Below, in pieces: positions 1 through 10,404 of a stretch of 64,000 nucleotides of DNA; within the stretch, counting starts at the first letter, position 1, and each line of letters starts with the position of its first letter. Origin of the DNA: Amoebophrya sp. A120 (lineage: Eukaryota; Protista; Dinoflagellata). The notes beneath the pieces were generated by a model. That model searched no databases. It was not told the DNA's origin and saw only the letters and a program-made list of their open reading frames with translations. A program made the position numbers and the translations under genes. Location: positions 7,735,882-7,799,881 of the forward strand of contig CAJINV010000003.1 in assembly GCA_905178155.1 (NCBI GenBank), read 5' to 3'.

Positions 1-608
1 TCCAGCTGTACTACGATCGTCCATCTCCCAGGTCTCATCGTTTTCACTCTCTCAGAAAGTCGTGAATACAATAAAACGTCGGCACAGCAAGCACGTGCAC
101 TGTATGCCGATGTGCGATGTCAAAGTTCTTTTCGTGCAATCGTCCAGCTTTTTTTTGCAAACTGATTCACCAAGTCGAATTCGTCCCAAGAAAACGTCGT
201 CTAAGAAACCAAGTTTGATTTTTTACGTTCGTACGAAAAAGCACCTCAGTGCAGCAACGCTGGCGGAAATTTTCGTACTTCGTGCTGTACATTTTTTATC
301 GCAATAAAATGCAAAATTGCAAGGCCATTTTTACCGACCTTTGTATTATGTTACACCCTTGAGTTCTAGGTAGAAGCCCTTTTTCCAATGCAAATTCTTT
401 CTAAAAGACGCTCGCCCCATCTGAGCCGCGGCTTCGCGACCTGTAACGAGCTATAAACTTGTTTCCCCCAGCAGCAACGTGGCGCTTTACTGTATAATTA
501 TGTGGTTGTGAATAACCCTTGACCAACCACCGTCCGCCATTCTACTGTGTGCCTTGACGTAGTGTAGTCCTCGTCCCATTCGGATCATCATATCCAGCCC
601 ACGGGAAG

Positions 609-3600
609 ATGTCGGGAGGTTTTTTCATTGCGCCGAAGAACAAGGGGCCCAGCCGAGAGGAGGGTTTGGTGGCGATGCGGCGGTCGCTGGGGTTGGAAGT
701 CGCCGAGGAGGAGCCCCCAGATCCGGTGGAGGAGAAGAAGTCGCGCAAGGGACGCAAGCTGCGAATCCTGGCGGAGATGGAGGCCGAGGAGGAGGCAAAG
801 AAGCGCAAAAAGCCGAAGCCGCCGGCCACCATCATCGGCACGCTGACGCGCCCGATCCGGGACAAGTTCAAGGGCGTGGACGTGAAGCACGAGGTGAAGA
901 ACTACGTGAAGAAGGAGCTTCTGCACCGGCGGAACTTTCGCGGCGGGGAGTTTTACCTCCGGGTGTTTTTGTTTTTGACCGCGGTGCTGTTCCTCATCCT
1001 GTACGAGATGCAGCAAGCGGCGGTGGCCAAGTACACGCTGGCTTTTTGCAAAATGAGTGGTTTCATGGAGCCCTGCGACAGCGGCGAGTGTTCGCTGATC
1101 ATCAGCGTGCGGACGATGGAAAACCCGGGCCTAGAGATCTACCAGCGCGGCTGGTTCCCGGAAACCGAGCCCGACGGCAACGACATCGTGTTCGTGGACA
1201 AGGAGATCTTCTCCTGCTGCCCGCTGTCCAACTGCTGCGGGTTCGCGTTCGAACCTCCCGGGCAGGAGGGGAGCCCGATGATTCAGCAGGTCTTCTGCGA
1301 CTCGGACGAGTTCGGGGGCGGCTGCGGGCCGGACCCATGGCAGTGCTACTTCGAGGAGTACCTCACGCCCTACGAGGTTACGGGCCTGCAGGTGGGCCGG
1401 CCCTGGGATGGCAGCGAGTTCGAAGTAATTTCCATCCTGTTCTGGGTATTCTTGATTCTCACCTACTGGCGAAAAATTTACGCGCTCTACAACGCGAGCA
1501 AGGAGTACGGCAAGAAAGCAGTGCTCTCGCTGCCGTGGTTTTTACGCGGGATCCTGTGGTGGACCCGATACGCCTTCGTCCACGTTTTCATGATCCCCGC
1601 AACAAAAGGTACAGATGTTTTCAGTTTTTTCTGTCGCATATGAAATTTGTACTTTAGGCATATTTCGCTTTTATCGACATTGTCGATAGGCATATTTCGC
1701 TTGGAACAATTGTCGTCCTAGCACATGATCGTCCGTGCATACGTGAGAAAAGTAGTTTTCGAGCAAGCAGAAAAGCAGCTATCGACGAAAAAACAAAAAT
1801 GAATTCCATAACAGCCATTGACGTGGTGAGCACAGTGTTTGGGATCCCGTTTCTCGTGGAGCGGCACAACGAGCGAATGATTTGGATCCGATGGATGAGC
1901 CAATTTGCGCAGCTCCCGGAACCACCCACGGAGAGCGAGAGCGAGGAGGAGCACCACACGGTCCAGGAGGTGGTGGAACATGTTATGGAAATCGTAAAGA
2001 AGGCCAAGTACCCCAGCATGAAGAAGCAGCTGAAGCCGCTGATCAAGCCGCTCCCCTTTCAGTGGAGCAACCGCACGGCCGTGCCCGAGGAGTTGATCAA
2101 GCGGCTGCGCATCGCCGACGCGCTGGAGCGGGACCGCGCGATGTACAAGCCGGACTACCTCAAGGAGGAGCGGCACAAGTACGACGCGGCGTTTTCCAAC
2201 CCCCTGAGGCTCGGGATCGGGAAGGTCAAGAAGGTGGAGGCGATCCAGGCGTTCGGTCCGGCGTTGCGGCCCAAGGGCTTCGTCACGCCGCCCGCGACAC
2301 CTCCGCCCGAGGAGAAAAGTAAAAAGGAGGAGAACGAGGAACGGCCGTCTCGGCTCGTCCGAGGGCGGATAGCGTCCCGCGAACAACCCGACGTCGGGGG
2401 CGACACGAAGGCCGCCGCGGCGAAGAAGAAGCCGCAGCGCGTGACCTCCTCCGAGGACGACGAAGATGGCGAGGAGGAGGGAGAGGAGCTGGATTCGGAC
2501 GACCCGCGGGCCGGGCCGCAGAAGTACGTGCGGAAAGCGAAGGTGCAGGAGCCCAGCATGGGCACGGTAGAAATCCCGGTGGACGTCGGCGAAGATGAGT
2601 CGCTCTACTCGCCCGACGATGCGAGGTCGCGGAGCGCCTCGCCCTCCATCGCGCCCGCCTCGCCCCGACCACCGGAAGCCGGCACCGCCGCTGCGATCGC
2701 GAAGGCGGCCGCGGACAAGAAGGCGGCGATGAAAGGGGACGGGTTCAGTCGCCCGGAGCAGAAGGTGGCGCCGCCGAAGAAGGACGAGTTGGAGATGACG
2801 CCGGAGGAGTACAAGAAGCACGTGGAGGAGCGCGAGAAGCGCAACAAGTTCAAGCGCATGCGCGGGGAGCCCACCAGCTCCGACGAGGAGCGGGCGGCGC
2901 TGACCCGGGAGCTGGGCAACCTGCAGGCGGCGGAGCGGGACGCCGGCACCTTCGCGGACCGCGGCAACGTGCTCGGCGTGGTCAGCATGATGCGGCGCAC
3001 TGCAAACAAGCTGGCGGAGCGCAAGCGCAAGCGCGACAACGCACGGTTGGTGCGGGAGCAGACCGGCGTCAGTCGCACGCAGGCGGAAATCATGCGGCTC
3101 CCCTTCGACCGGCGGGATGGTCCCGACTTCCGGATCCGCACGCGCACCGACATGCAGATTCTGGAAACCACGCCCACGCTGGAGAAACTGAAGGCCGAGG
3201 CGTTCCCGACCGAGGAGGACGAACACTGCTACCAGTGGCGCGCCGTCGCGTTCCAGAACCGGCTGGCCCGGGACTCGACAATTTTCCGGTACAACCCGGA
3301 GTGGCACCGGGAGGGGAAGTTCCAGCCCCCGCTGCAGCAGGTGCGCGGCAACCTGGTGGTGCACAAACAGGAGTTACCGCACGCGGAGCACATGCAAAAG
3401 CTCCGGGAAACGCTGTGGTACTTCCGGGACCAGCGCGAGTACCACGCGAAACACGTGACGGGCGACCAGGAGCACTGGATGAAGCTGCTGGACGGCTACA
3501 AGCTGTGGTGCCGCAAGGCGAAGTTCATGAAGGGCTTCGACCGCAAGCACGCCCCGGACCTGGACTTCCTGTTCGCCGACCAGGAGGGGCAGGGCAAGGC

Positions 3601-4027
3601 GCTGGACACGCAGTCCCTCAGCGCGGTCGCCACCAAGATGTTCGAGACGGAGAGCGACATCCCGGACCACGTCCGCAGCAAGGTGCAGAAGGACCTGGGC
3701 ACGTTCGCGCTGGGCGCGATCTGCGCGGACGAGCTGGGTCTCCTGCCCCACCGTGTGCGCCACGTGCCCACCTCCAGTCGCCTGCTCATCAACCAGGGGC
3801 GCAAGCGGAAGGACGTCGGGTTGTGGCAAAACACCGCGGTGGAGGAGCGGGAACCGGGTTTCGTCCGCTGGTTCGCGGAGCCGGGAAAACGCAGGCGGCA
3901 GGTGTCCCCCGAGCAGCAGCAAAGAAGGGCGGCGAAGAAAACGGCCATGGTCGAAAAGGAGGAGGAAAGCAAAAACGCACCGATGCTGACGTTCAACTGG
4001 AAAAAGCTAATCGGGCTTGAAGGATAG
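609..4027 (+). CDS. Hypothetical membrane protein, probably two exons (609-1608, 1722-4027)
   Basis: GC3-rich ORFs 609-1643 (hydrophobic segments, Cys-rich loop) and 1799-4027. A GT..AG intron at 1609-1721 joins them in frame (phase 1). No family recognised. Confidence 0.6.
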
Positions 4028-4686
4028 AGGATAATAACCCATGCCCGCAGTAGCTGGCGTTCCCGCACAGCATGTATGATTTCTGTTTTGTTCTCGTATA
4101 CTTTCCTAGTTTTCGCACGCTGGTGTACTTGTTTGTTATTTGAAAGGGGCTGGCCTCCTGTCAAAAAAGTTGGAATGTTCGTATGTACATCAATTATGTT
4201 TCCCTTGTTTCTTTTTTTACCCATTGAATGAATGACCCGACTACGCTAGATGAATCTACCCCGAATGTGCACTTCCTGAATCCTTGCGCAATTGCATTTT
4301 TGAATTCTTTGAGTGGCGGTATAATTTTGCTATCAAGAAAAAAATTGCTAATTTTTTTGGTTTGACTTTTCTTCCGTGCTCACCGGGTTTGACAGCACCG
4401 TATGTGTTCGAATGTACGTCTTCAACGTGGTTACTGCTCAGGTCGTTTGTGCCTAATCGAATTCGTGCCTACTTTGAGTCATGCCTTTTTGCTAATTTCC
4501 ACTGATATGTTCCAAATTGCAATAAAGTATATTGGTTGTGATCTGATCGTCATCGTCATCGTCTCCTCTCCTCTCCTCGCTCGGAAGCAATTGCTGATTT
4601 CAAGTTGCGATGGTGTGCCTGCGCTGCAAGAATTATTGGTGTCAAATCATATTCATGTTGTCGTCTATGCATGGGTCGTACTAGAA

Positions 4687-6264
4687 ATGGCAACAACGTC
4701 GAGTAGTGCGGTGCAGCTGTACACGCGGCAGCACGTTTGGATACGATTGTCCAAGAAAACGCAGCGGTGCCTGGTCGGAATTACGCGAACCGGGGTGAGT
4801 ATGCTGGACTCGGAAGTGGCACGGGTGCGGTTGCCAGCAGTTGGGTCCTATCTGGACTCCAGGCGCCCGCCGGATCGCGAGCCTGACTATCAGCGTCTGA
4901 AGCGGGGGGCTGCACTGCGCGAGGCGGAGGCCGAGGCAGAACTGCGTTTTCGAAGTGGCATTTCAGGATCAACACTAGACCAGCAGCGAGTGATGGCAAG
5001 GCGGAATCGGGATTTGTCGCAGGTTGGCGTTCGCCCACCATGGGCGACGGCAAACGCCGCCGCGTACCGACAGCGGCCCAACCTCGCGCGAGAAAAGCTG
5101 GCTTGCGAACGCAGGTCGCAATGGCTGGATGCGCTGCTCGACAGCCCCGAGGAATTAGAGGCTGCCGTGGCCAAGGACAGGGAAACCGCCAGTGGGTTTG
5201 TATCCGACTTCAAGAATAATTACACGGAAGGAGAGGATTCTCTTCGCGCTGGAAGAACAGGAGGCTCGACGCGAGGAGTCAAGAGCGTTGATGTACTATC
5301 CCATGAGTGCAGCAGCCCTTTCGTGTTACTAGAGGGGTTGTACGCGGAAGCGACTCTGCGTGTACCCCTGAGTGGAAGAGTTGTGGCGGTGAACCAACGG
5401 CTCACGGACTCCCCGTGGCTGGTCTCGCACCATCCAGAAGACCAGGGGTGGCTCTGCGAACTGCAGCTAGAAGACATCCCGAACCACCTGTACGCAGTCT
5501 GGAAGACCCCTGCGAAGCAGCGGACGCGGGAGAGGTTCGGTGCTTGCGTTGTTCCCGGCCCCGAGGGCCGCAGTTTGTACGACCACGATAGTGCAGAAGA
5601 AATAATGAACTGCGCAGAGCTGCAAGCCGCCATCACAGCTGACCAAAGCGACGGCTTCTCTTTTCCAGACACAACATCAGCGCCGCACACAGAGGCGCAG
5701 CTGCTGAGAGAAAACCACGACACTAGACATGACAAACAATTGCAACCAGAATCAGCCGCAAGGGGCAGCGAATTCCTTCTACGGCGAGACTATGTAGCTT
5801 TCGTGCAGCAGCAGGCGCAACATGACGGGGTGCTTGCAGCGTCTTCTAACACGTCTGCGCGAACAAGGGGAGACGGGGCCCACGCGGGTAAGAATATTAT
5901 GACTCGGAGCAAGGAGAATCTGATGCTGCAGCATCTACCGCCGGAGTCTTGGCCTGCCGCGCAATTTTTGTCTGCGGTAGAGGCGGAGGAGTTGCTGGCG
6001 CGAGACGACGCGGACGTGTGTAACTTTCTCCGGCGTGAACTGTGTCTATCTGGCATAACTGAATGGGAAACGCTGCTCGTGTTCCCGCCGGAGGTAGATA
6101 GCTACCAACGGGATCGACTGCATCGGCTTGCGCGGCAGCTGCAGATCTCGTCGGCAACGCAAGAAGATACAAGAACAGATGTGAGTTGGCCCCGGGTTGT
6201 CATGATGCGGCTACAGGACGAAAATACTACAATTGATGCGACAAGACGAGATGTGCGGCAGTAA
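4687..6264 (+). CDS. Glycine cleavage H-protein-like domain (interrupted, no lipoyl Lys) fused to a C-terminal R3H domain
   Basis: YTRQHVWIRL..CLVGIT matches the GcvH N-terminus. LEGLY..LRVPLSGRVVAVNQRLTDSPWLVSHHPEDQGWL matches the GcvH C-terminus. VFPPEVDSYQRDRLHRLARQLQI matches R3H. Start taken at ATG 4687. Confidence 0.7.
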   Translation: MATTSSSAVQLYTRQHVWIRLSKKTQRCLVGITRTGVSMLDSEVARVRLPAVGSYLDSRRPPDREPDYQRLKRGAALREAEAEAELRFRSGISGSTLDQQRVMARRNRDLSQVGVRPPWATANAAAYRQRPNLAREKLACERRSQWLDALLDSPEELEAAVAKDRETASGFVSDFKNNYTEGEDSLRAGRTGGSTRGVKSVDVLSHECSSPFVLLEGLYAEATLRVPLSGRVVAVNQRLTDSPWLVSHHPEDQGWLCELQLEDIPNHLYAVWKTPAKQRTRERFGACVVPGPEGRSLYDHDSAEEIMNCAELQAAITADQSDGFSFPDTTSAPHTEAQLLRENHDTRHDKQLQPESAARGSEFLLRRDYVAFVQQQAQHDGVLAASSNTSARTRGDGAHAGKNIMTRSKENLMLQHLPPESWPAAQFLSAVEAEELLARDDADVCNFLRRELCLSGITEWETLLVFPPEVDSYQRDRLHRLARQLQISSATQEDTRTDVSWPRVVMMRLQDENTTIDATRRDVRQ

Positions 6265-6723
6265 ATGGTTTGGACGAATGATCATCCTGCAGACGACCAG
6301 GAGCTTATTTAGTAGAATATCGATTTTATTCATATTCTTGCAACGCTTGGTGATTTAACTTTTCATGCAAGCTACAGCTGTGGGCACCACACCTGCTGCT
6401 CTGTGGACGAATCAATGCGATGTTTTTTGTCTTTTTTTCTTTACGAGGGTAGCGGTAGTTGTGCGCCGTGATTGAGCGAAGATACTGCAAGTAAGCAGAG
6501 CGAGGATTCGCGTCTTCTAACCTGAAATTATTGACCACTCCGGTTTACCCAAAGAGAAAGGCACTGGGCAAGGAGCGCACTTCTCTACTCGTCGGCTTTT
6601 TCTTTTTACCTTTAGCCGTTTCAGTGCAATTTGGCTCGTTCTTTGCGTAGTTTCCCTAGAATTTATCATGCGTGAGGCTCCTGCAATGTCGTGACCGTTT
6701 ACGTCGGAAAAAACTCTTGCGTC

Positions 6724-9549
6724 ATGACCAGCGAGAAAGTGGTTCACTACCGAGCCTCCCGGGCTTGGATCGAGGAGAAGTTCCGACACGACGTAACGAT
6801 CGAGGTTGATCTGGGCACGGGGAAGGTCATAAATGTCGTCGATGGGACGAAGGGCGACAGTACCAGTAGCATACCAAGGAATAAAGGGAGCGCAGCACCA
6901 GCGAAAGTGATTGACCTGCCGGAGAATGTACTCGTGATGCCGGGGTTCGTGAATTGTCACTCGCACGCGTTTCAGCGGGGCCTCCGCGGGAAGGGCGAGG
7001 AGGGCAAGGGCGATTTCTGGACGTGGCGCCAGGGAATGCACCGTCTGGTGACAGAGCTGGAGGAAGAGTCTTTCAAGAAGCACTGTCTGCGTTGCTTTTT
7101 GGACATGCGGGACGCGGGAGTCACGTCCGTCGGGGAGTTTCACTACTTTCACCACGGAAGGGAAAAACTACAAGCAGCGGCGTCAAGCACGTCCTCGAAG
7201 AATTCTACTTGGGCGTACCGGTACGACGACCTGATTCTGCAGGCGGCAAAGGAGGCGGGTATCCGGATCGTGCTGCTTTCGGCCTACTACGCCCGCGGGG
7301 GCGTGCAGCAGCCTGAATTGAACGCCGGGCAGAAGCGGTTTCGTACGACGGTGGGGAAGGACGGGTCGGACCGCGGGTCCGTGCAGTCGTTCCTGCGTGA
7401 CCAGGTGGAAGGATGTGCCGTGCAGTGCGAGAAAACGCAATCGGTCGGCGTGGTGGCGCACAGCATTCGCGCCCTGACGGTGGAAGATCTGCGAGAGCTC
7501 GTGGGCTACGCAAAGAGAACGAACCGCCCGTTTCACATGCACATGGAGGAGCAGCGACAGGAAATTGAGCAGTGCAGGGCGGGCAACGGCGGCCGCACGC
7601 CGTTGCGGTGCTTTCTGGACGCCAGTCCGCCTGGCGATTTGTCCTACTGCACGCTGGTGCATTGCACGCATTCAAACGGGCCCGACATGGCCGAATACAT
7701 GGGGAAGCGGGGTGGCAACGTCTGCGTCTGCCCACTGACGGAGGGATCGCTTGCGGACGGGCTGCCGCACGAAATCACGCAGCGGCCCGATCGAGTGGTC
7801 GTCGGATCGGACTCGAACTTGCGCATCGATTTGCTCGAGGAGGCACGGTGGCTAGAGTACGGTCAGCGTGTGCGCACAGAGGAGCGAGGCCACTTTGGCG
7901 TGTCGGATCTGGTTCGCGTGCTGACGACTAACGGGGCGCGGTCGTTGGGTCTGCCCGTGGGAAAAATAGCGCGCGGCCACTTTGCGGACTTTGCGCTACT
8001 GGACTGCAGCGTGCCGGTGCTGCAGAACGCGTTGGCGACGGGCGAAGAGTGTCTCGCGGCCTGCCTCTTCGGCTGTTCGGGGGCGGAAGTAGTGGCTGGG
8101 ACAGTTGTCGGCGGGGAACTTCGTGCGCGCCCGAACAGCACGATGCCGCGTATTTTGCAGCCATGGATTCTTGAGGGCGTCAGTGGTGGCAAGAACTACA
8201 CTATTGGCACTACTTCCGGGACGAGCGGGGGTGCACTCACGCGAGACGAGCGCTGCGATTGCCGATGGCGCGTGGATATGATCGAAGAGTGTGAGCCGGT
8301 TTTAGAGGGGCCGCAAGGTCGTGGTCTTGGGAAGGACTCCAGCCCAGCAGGAGCACCGCAGCAATCGCAGCAGAAAACAGCGGAGAACTTGCAGCAGATT
8401 TTGCAGCACCCCGCACCCGATGTGGTCGATCTCGCTCGGGCGTTGATCGACATCGACTCGGTTTCTGGCACGGAGGTGCCCATGGCCAACGCGCTGTCAA
8501 CGTGGTTCCAGGCGCACGGCTACGACCTGGACCTGCAGTCCGTCGAGCCGGAGACTGGGAAGCCTGGCGGCGGGTCGCGCTTCAACGTGCTCGCGTGGCC
8601 GAAAGGCACCAGAGTTGCGGACTTGCCCATCATTTTCAACACGCACATAGACGTGGTGCCGCCATACTTTCCCAGCGACCTCAAGCTCGACAAAGACGGA
8701 CGGGAAATCTTGACTGGGCGCGGCGCGTGCGACACCAAGTCTTTGATCGCAGCGATGCTGCTCAGCGTGCAAACGCCAATCCTGAAGCCGCACCGGCAGA
8801 AGATCGGTTTTCTCTTCGTGGTGTCGGAGGAGACCACGCACCAGGGTATGAAAAAGGCGAACGCGCTGCCGTTGGACAGCTTGAAATATCTGATCGTGGG
8901 GGAACCGACGGCGGGCAAGGTGATGCGGTACCAAAAAGGCATTCTAAAAGTGAAGATCGACTGCGAGGGCGTTGCGGCGCACAGCGGGTACCCACATCTC
9001 GGGGTGAGCGCCACGGAGCTGCTGCTGGATGTGCTGGAGAAAGTTCGGAAGACGGATTTTCCCAGCTCGAAACTGATCGGGCAAACCGACTGCAACATCG
9101 GTTTTCTGGACGGGGGGCAAGCGATCAACGCGCTGCCGGAGCGCGCAAGTGCGAGCTTGATGTTCCGACTGGTGTCGAAGCCTGAGGTGGTTTGGGTGGA
9201 GTTGGAGAAAATTCTTAGTGACGCAAACCAGAAGGCCGGGCAGGAACGGGTGCGTCTCACGAAGATCAGCGAAAACGCGCCGGTAGACCTCACGCACGTG
9301 GACAAGTATTTGGGAAAAAGCGGGAACTGGCAATTTGGAACCGCCTGCTTCAATACGGACATCCCGTACCTGCAGACTTCCGCCAAAGCCTTTCTGTACG
9401 GACACGGAGACATTTGCGACGCGCACTGCCCTCGGGAGTTCATCGGCATCGAGGACTTGCGAAACTGCGTCACCGCGTACGCGCAGCTGGCAAGTCAACT
9501 GTTGCTCTTTGAAGAAGCGTCCGCCTTTCCACCCGCCTCGAAACTGTAG
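6724..9549 (+). CDS. hutF: Formiminoglutamate deiminase (HutF-like amidohydrolase) fused to an M20/ArgE-like deacylase
   Basis: HutF motifs: PGFVNCHSHAFQRG, DFWTWR, GVTSVGEFHYFHH, AHSIRA, HMHMEEQ, LVHCTH, CPLTEGSLADG, GSDSN. M20 motifs: NTHIDVVPP, GRGACDTK, SEET, VGEPT, AHSGYP, YGHGD..AH. One uninterrupted ORF. Confidence 0.9.
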   Translation: MTSEKVVHYRASRAWIEEKFRHDVTIEVDLGTGKVINVVDGTKGDSTSSIPRNKGSAAPAKVIDLPENVLVMPGFVNCHSHAFQRGLRGKGEEGKGDFWTWRQGMHRLVTELEEESFKKHCLRCFLDMRDAGVTSVGEFHYFHHGREKLQAAASSTSSKNSTWAYRYDDLILQAAKEAGIRIVLLSAYYARGGVQQPELNAGQKRFRTTVGKDGSDRGSVQSFLRDQVEGCAVQCEKTQSVGVVAHSIRALTVEDLRELVGYAKRTNRPFHMHMEEQRQEIEQCRAGNGGRTPLRCFLDASPPGDLSYCTLVHCTHSNGPDMAEYMGKRGGNVCVCPLTEGSLADGLPHEITQRPDRVVVGSDSNLRIDLLEEARWLEYGQRVRTEERGHFGVSDLVRVLTTNGARSLGLPVGKIARGHFADFALLDCSVPVLQNALATGEECLAACLFGCSGAEVVAGTVVGGELRARPNSTMPRILQPWILEGVSGGKNYTIGTTSGTSGGALTRDERCDCRWRVDMIEECEPVLEGPQGRGLGKDSSPAGAPQQSQQKTAENLQQILQHPAPDVVDLARALIDIDSVSGTEVPMANALSTWFQAHGYDLDLQSVEPETGKPGGGSRFNVLAWPKGTRVADLPIIFNTHIDVVPPYFPSDLKLDKDGREILTGRGACDTKSLIAAMLLSVQTPILKPHRQKIGFLFVVSEETTHQGMKKANALPLDSLKYLIVGEPTAGKVMRYQKGILKVKIDCEGVAAHSGYPHLGVSATELLLDVLEKVRKTDFPSSKLIGQTDCNIGFLDGGQAINALPERASASLMFRLVSKPEVVWVELEKILSDANQKAGQERVRLTKISENAPVDLTHVDKYLGKSGNWQFGTACFNTDIPYLQTSAKAFLYGHGDICDAHCPREFIGIEDLRNCVTAYAQLASQLLLFEEASAFPPASKL

Positions 9550-10404
9550 TAAGCAACATTTTGCATCATGACAAGATCTATTTCTGACGCTAGTGTGGGA
9601 ATGAATGGTGGTAATAAATGAATGTGGTATAATTGAAGTAGTAGTCGAGGAGAAGGTAGCCGGAATTGTAGCGTTTTGAAAAATTCACAAAAGGTCGCCG
9701 GATGCTGGAGGACCGGCATCAAAGAGGCATCGAGTTTAAGAGCTTTTCGATGCGCTATAAGCCGAGACTGCGATTGGCACTACGTTTGTTGAAGTTGAGG
9801 TACTACTAGGTTGTCACTCAACGTGAACTCTTCCTAACTGAACGCACCGAAGTACCCAGATGATTTTTTGAAGGATGATCACTATCACAGGTTGAACAGT
9901 TCGCTTGTTGTTCTACAATTCGAAGCATGCCGCTCGTGATACGTGTAGACTTTTAGTACGGACATGGAGAATCGTCTCTTGCCCGAAGTCTCGACAGAAT
10001 TAAGACGCTGTATTTCGTTGCTCGGAGTCGTGAATTCAGAGTGAAATAGAATCCACAAAGCAGTTTCTGGTCGTCATTCGTAAAGGTTTCGGGTCGTAAA
10101 AGAAGAAGTTCGTGGAGTGGGTCGTTCTCGAGAAGTGATGTCTTCGGAAGAAAATGGGCTGCGGAATTTTTCTGCAATGCTCAAAAGCAAATGCAAATCG
10201 ACCATTTTTACTGCTAAGAATGAAAGCATCTTCCACTGACTTTTAGCGCCGTGAGGACTCTTTTGTGTACAAAACAAGAGCGCTTGCTTACTGCTAAGTA
10301 GCTTAGTGAATAACAACTTCCATAGACTTTGTCAATTTCTCTTCTGGTTTTCGCCAGAAAAAGTTTGCCACGTCTCTTGCGCAACAAGTTCACATGCAAC
10401 GGGA

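Noticed and set aside
1718-3364. 548-aa minus-strand ORF
   Set aside because: Antisense shadow of the GC3-rich + strand gene; no recognisable motifs.
4402-4686. Hydrophobic N-terminal extension of the GcvH-like ORF
   Set aside because: AT-rich, opens at a non-ATG-like context in the ORF track relative to the homology, and GcvH similarity begins only after ATG 4687; likely UTR or intergenic.
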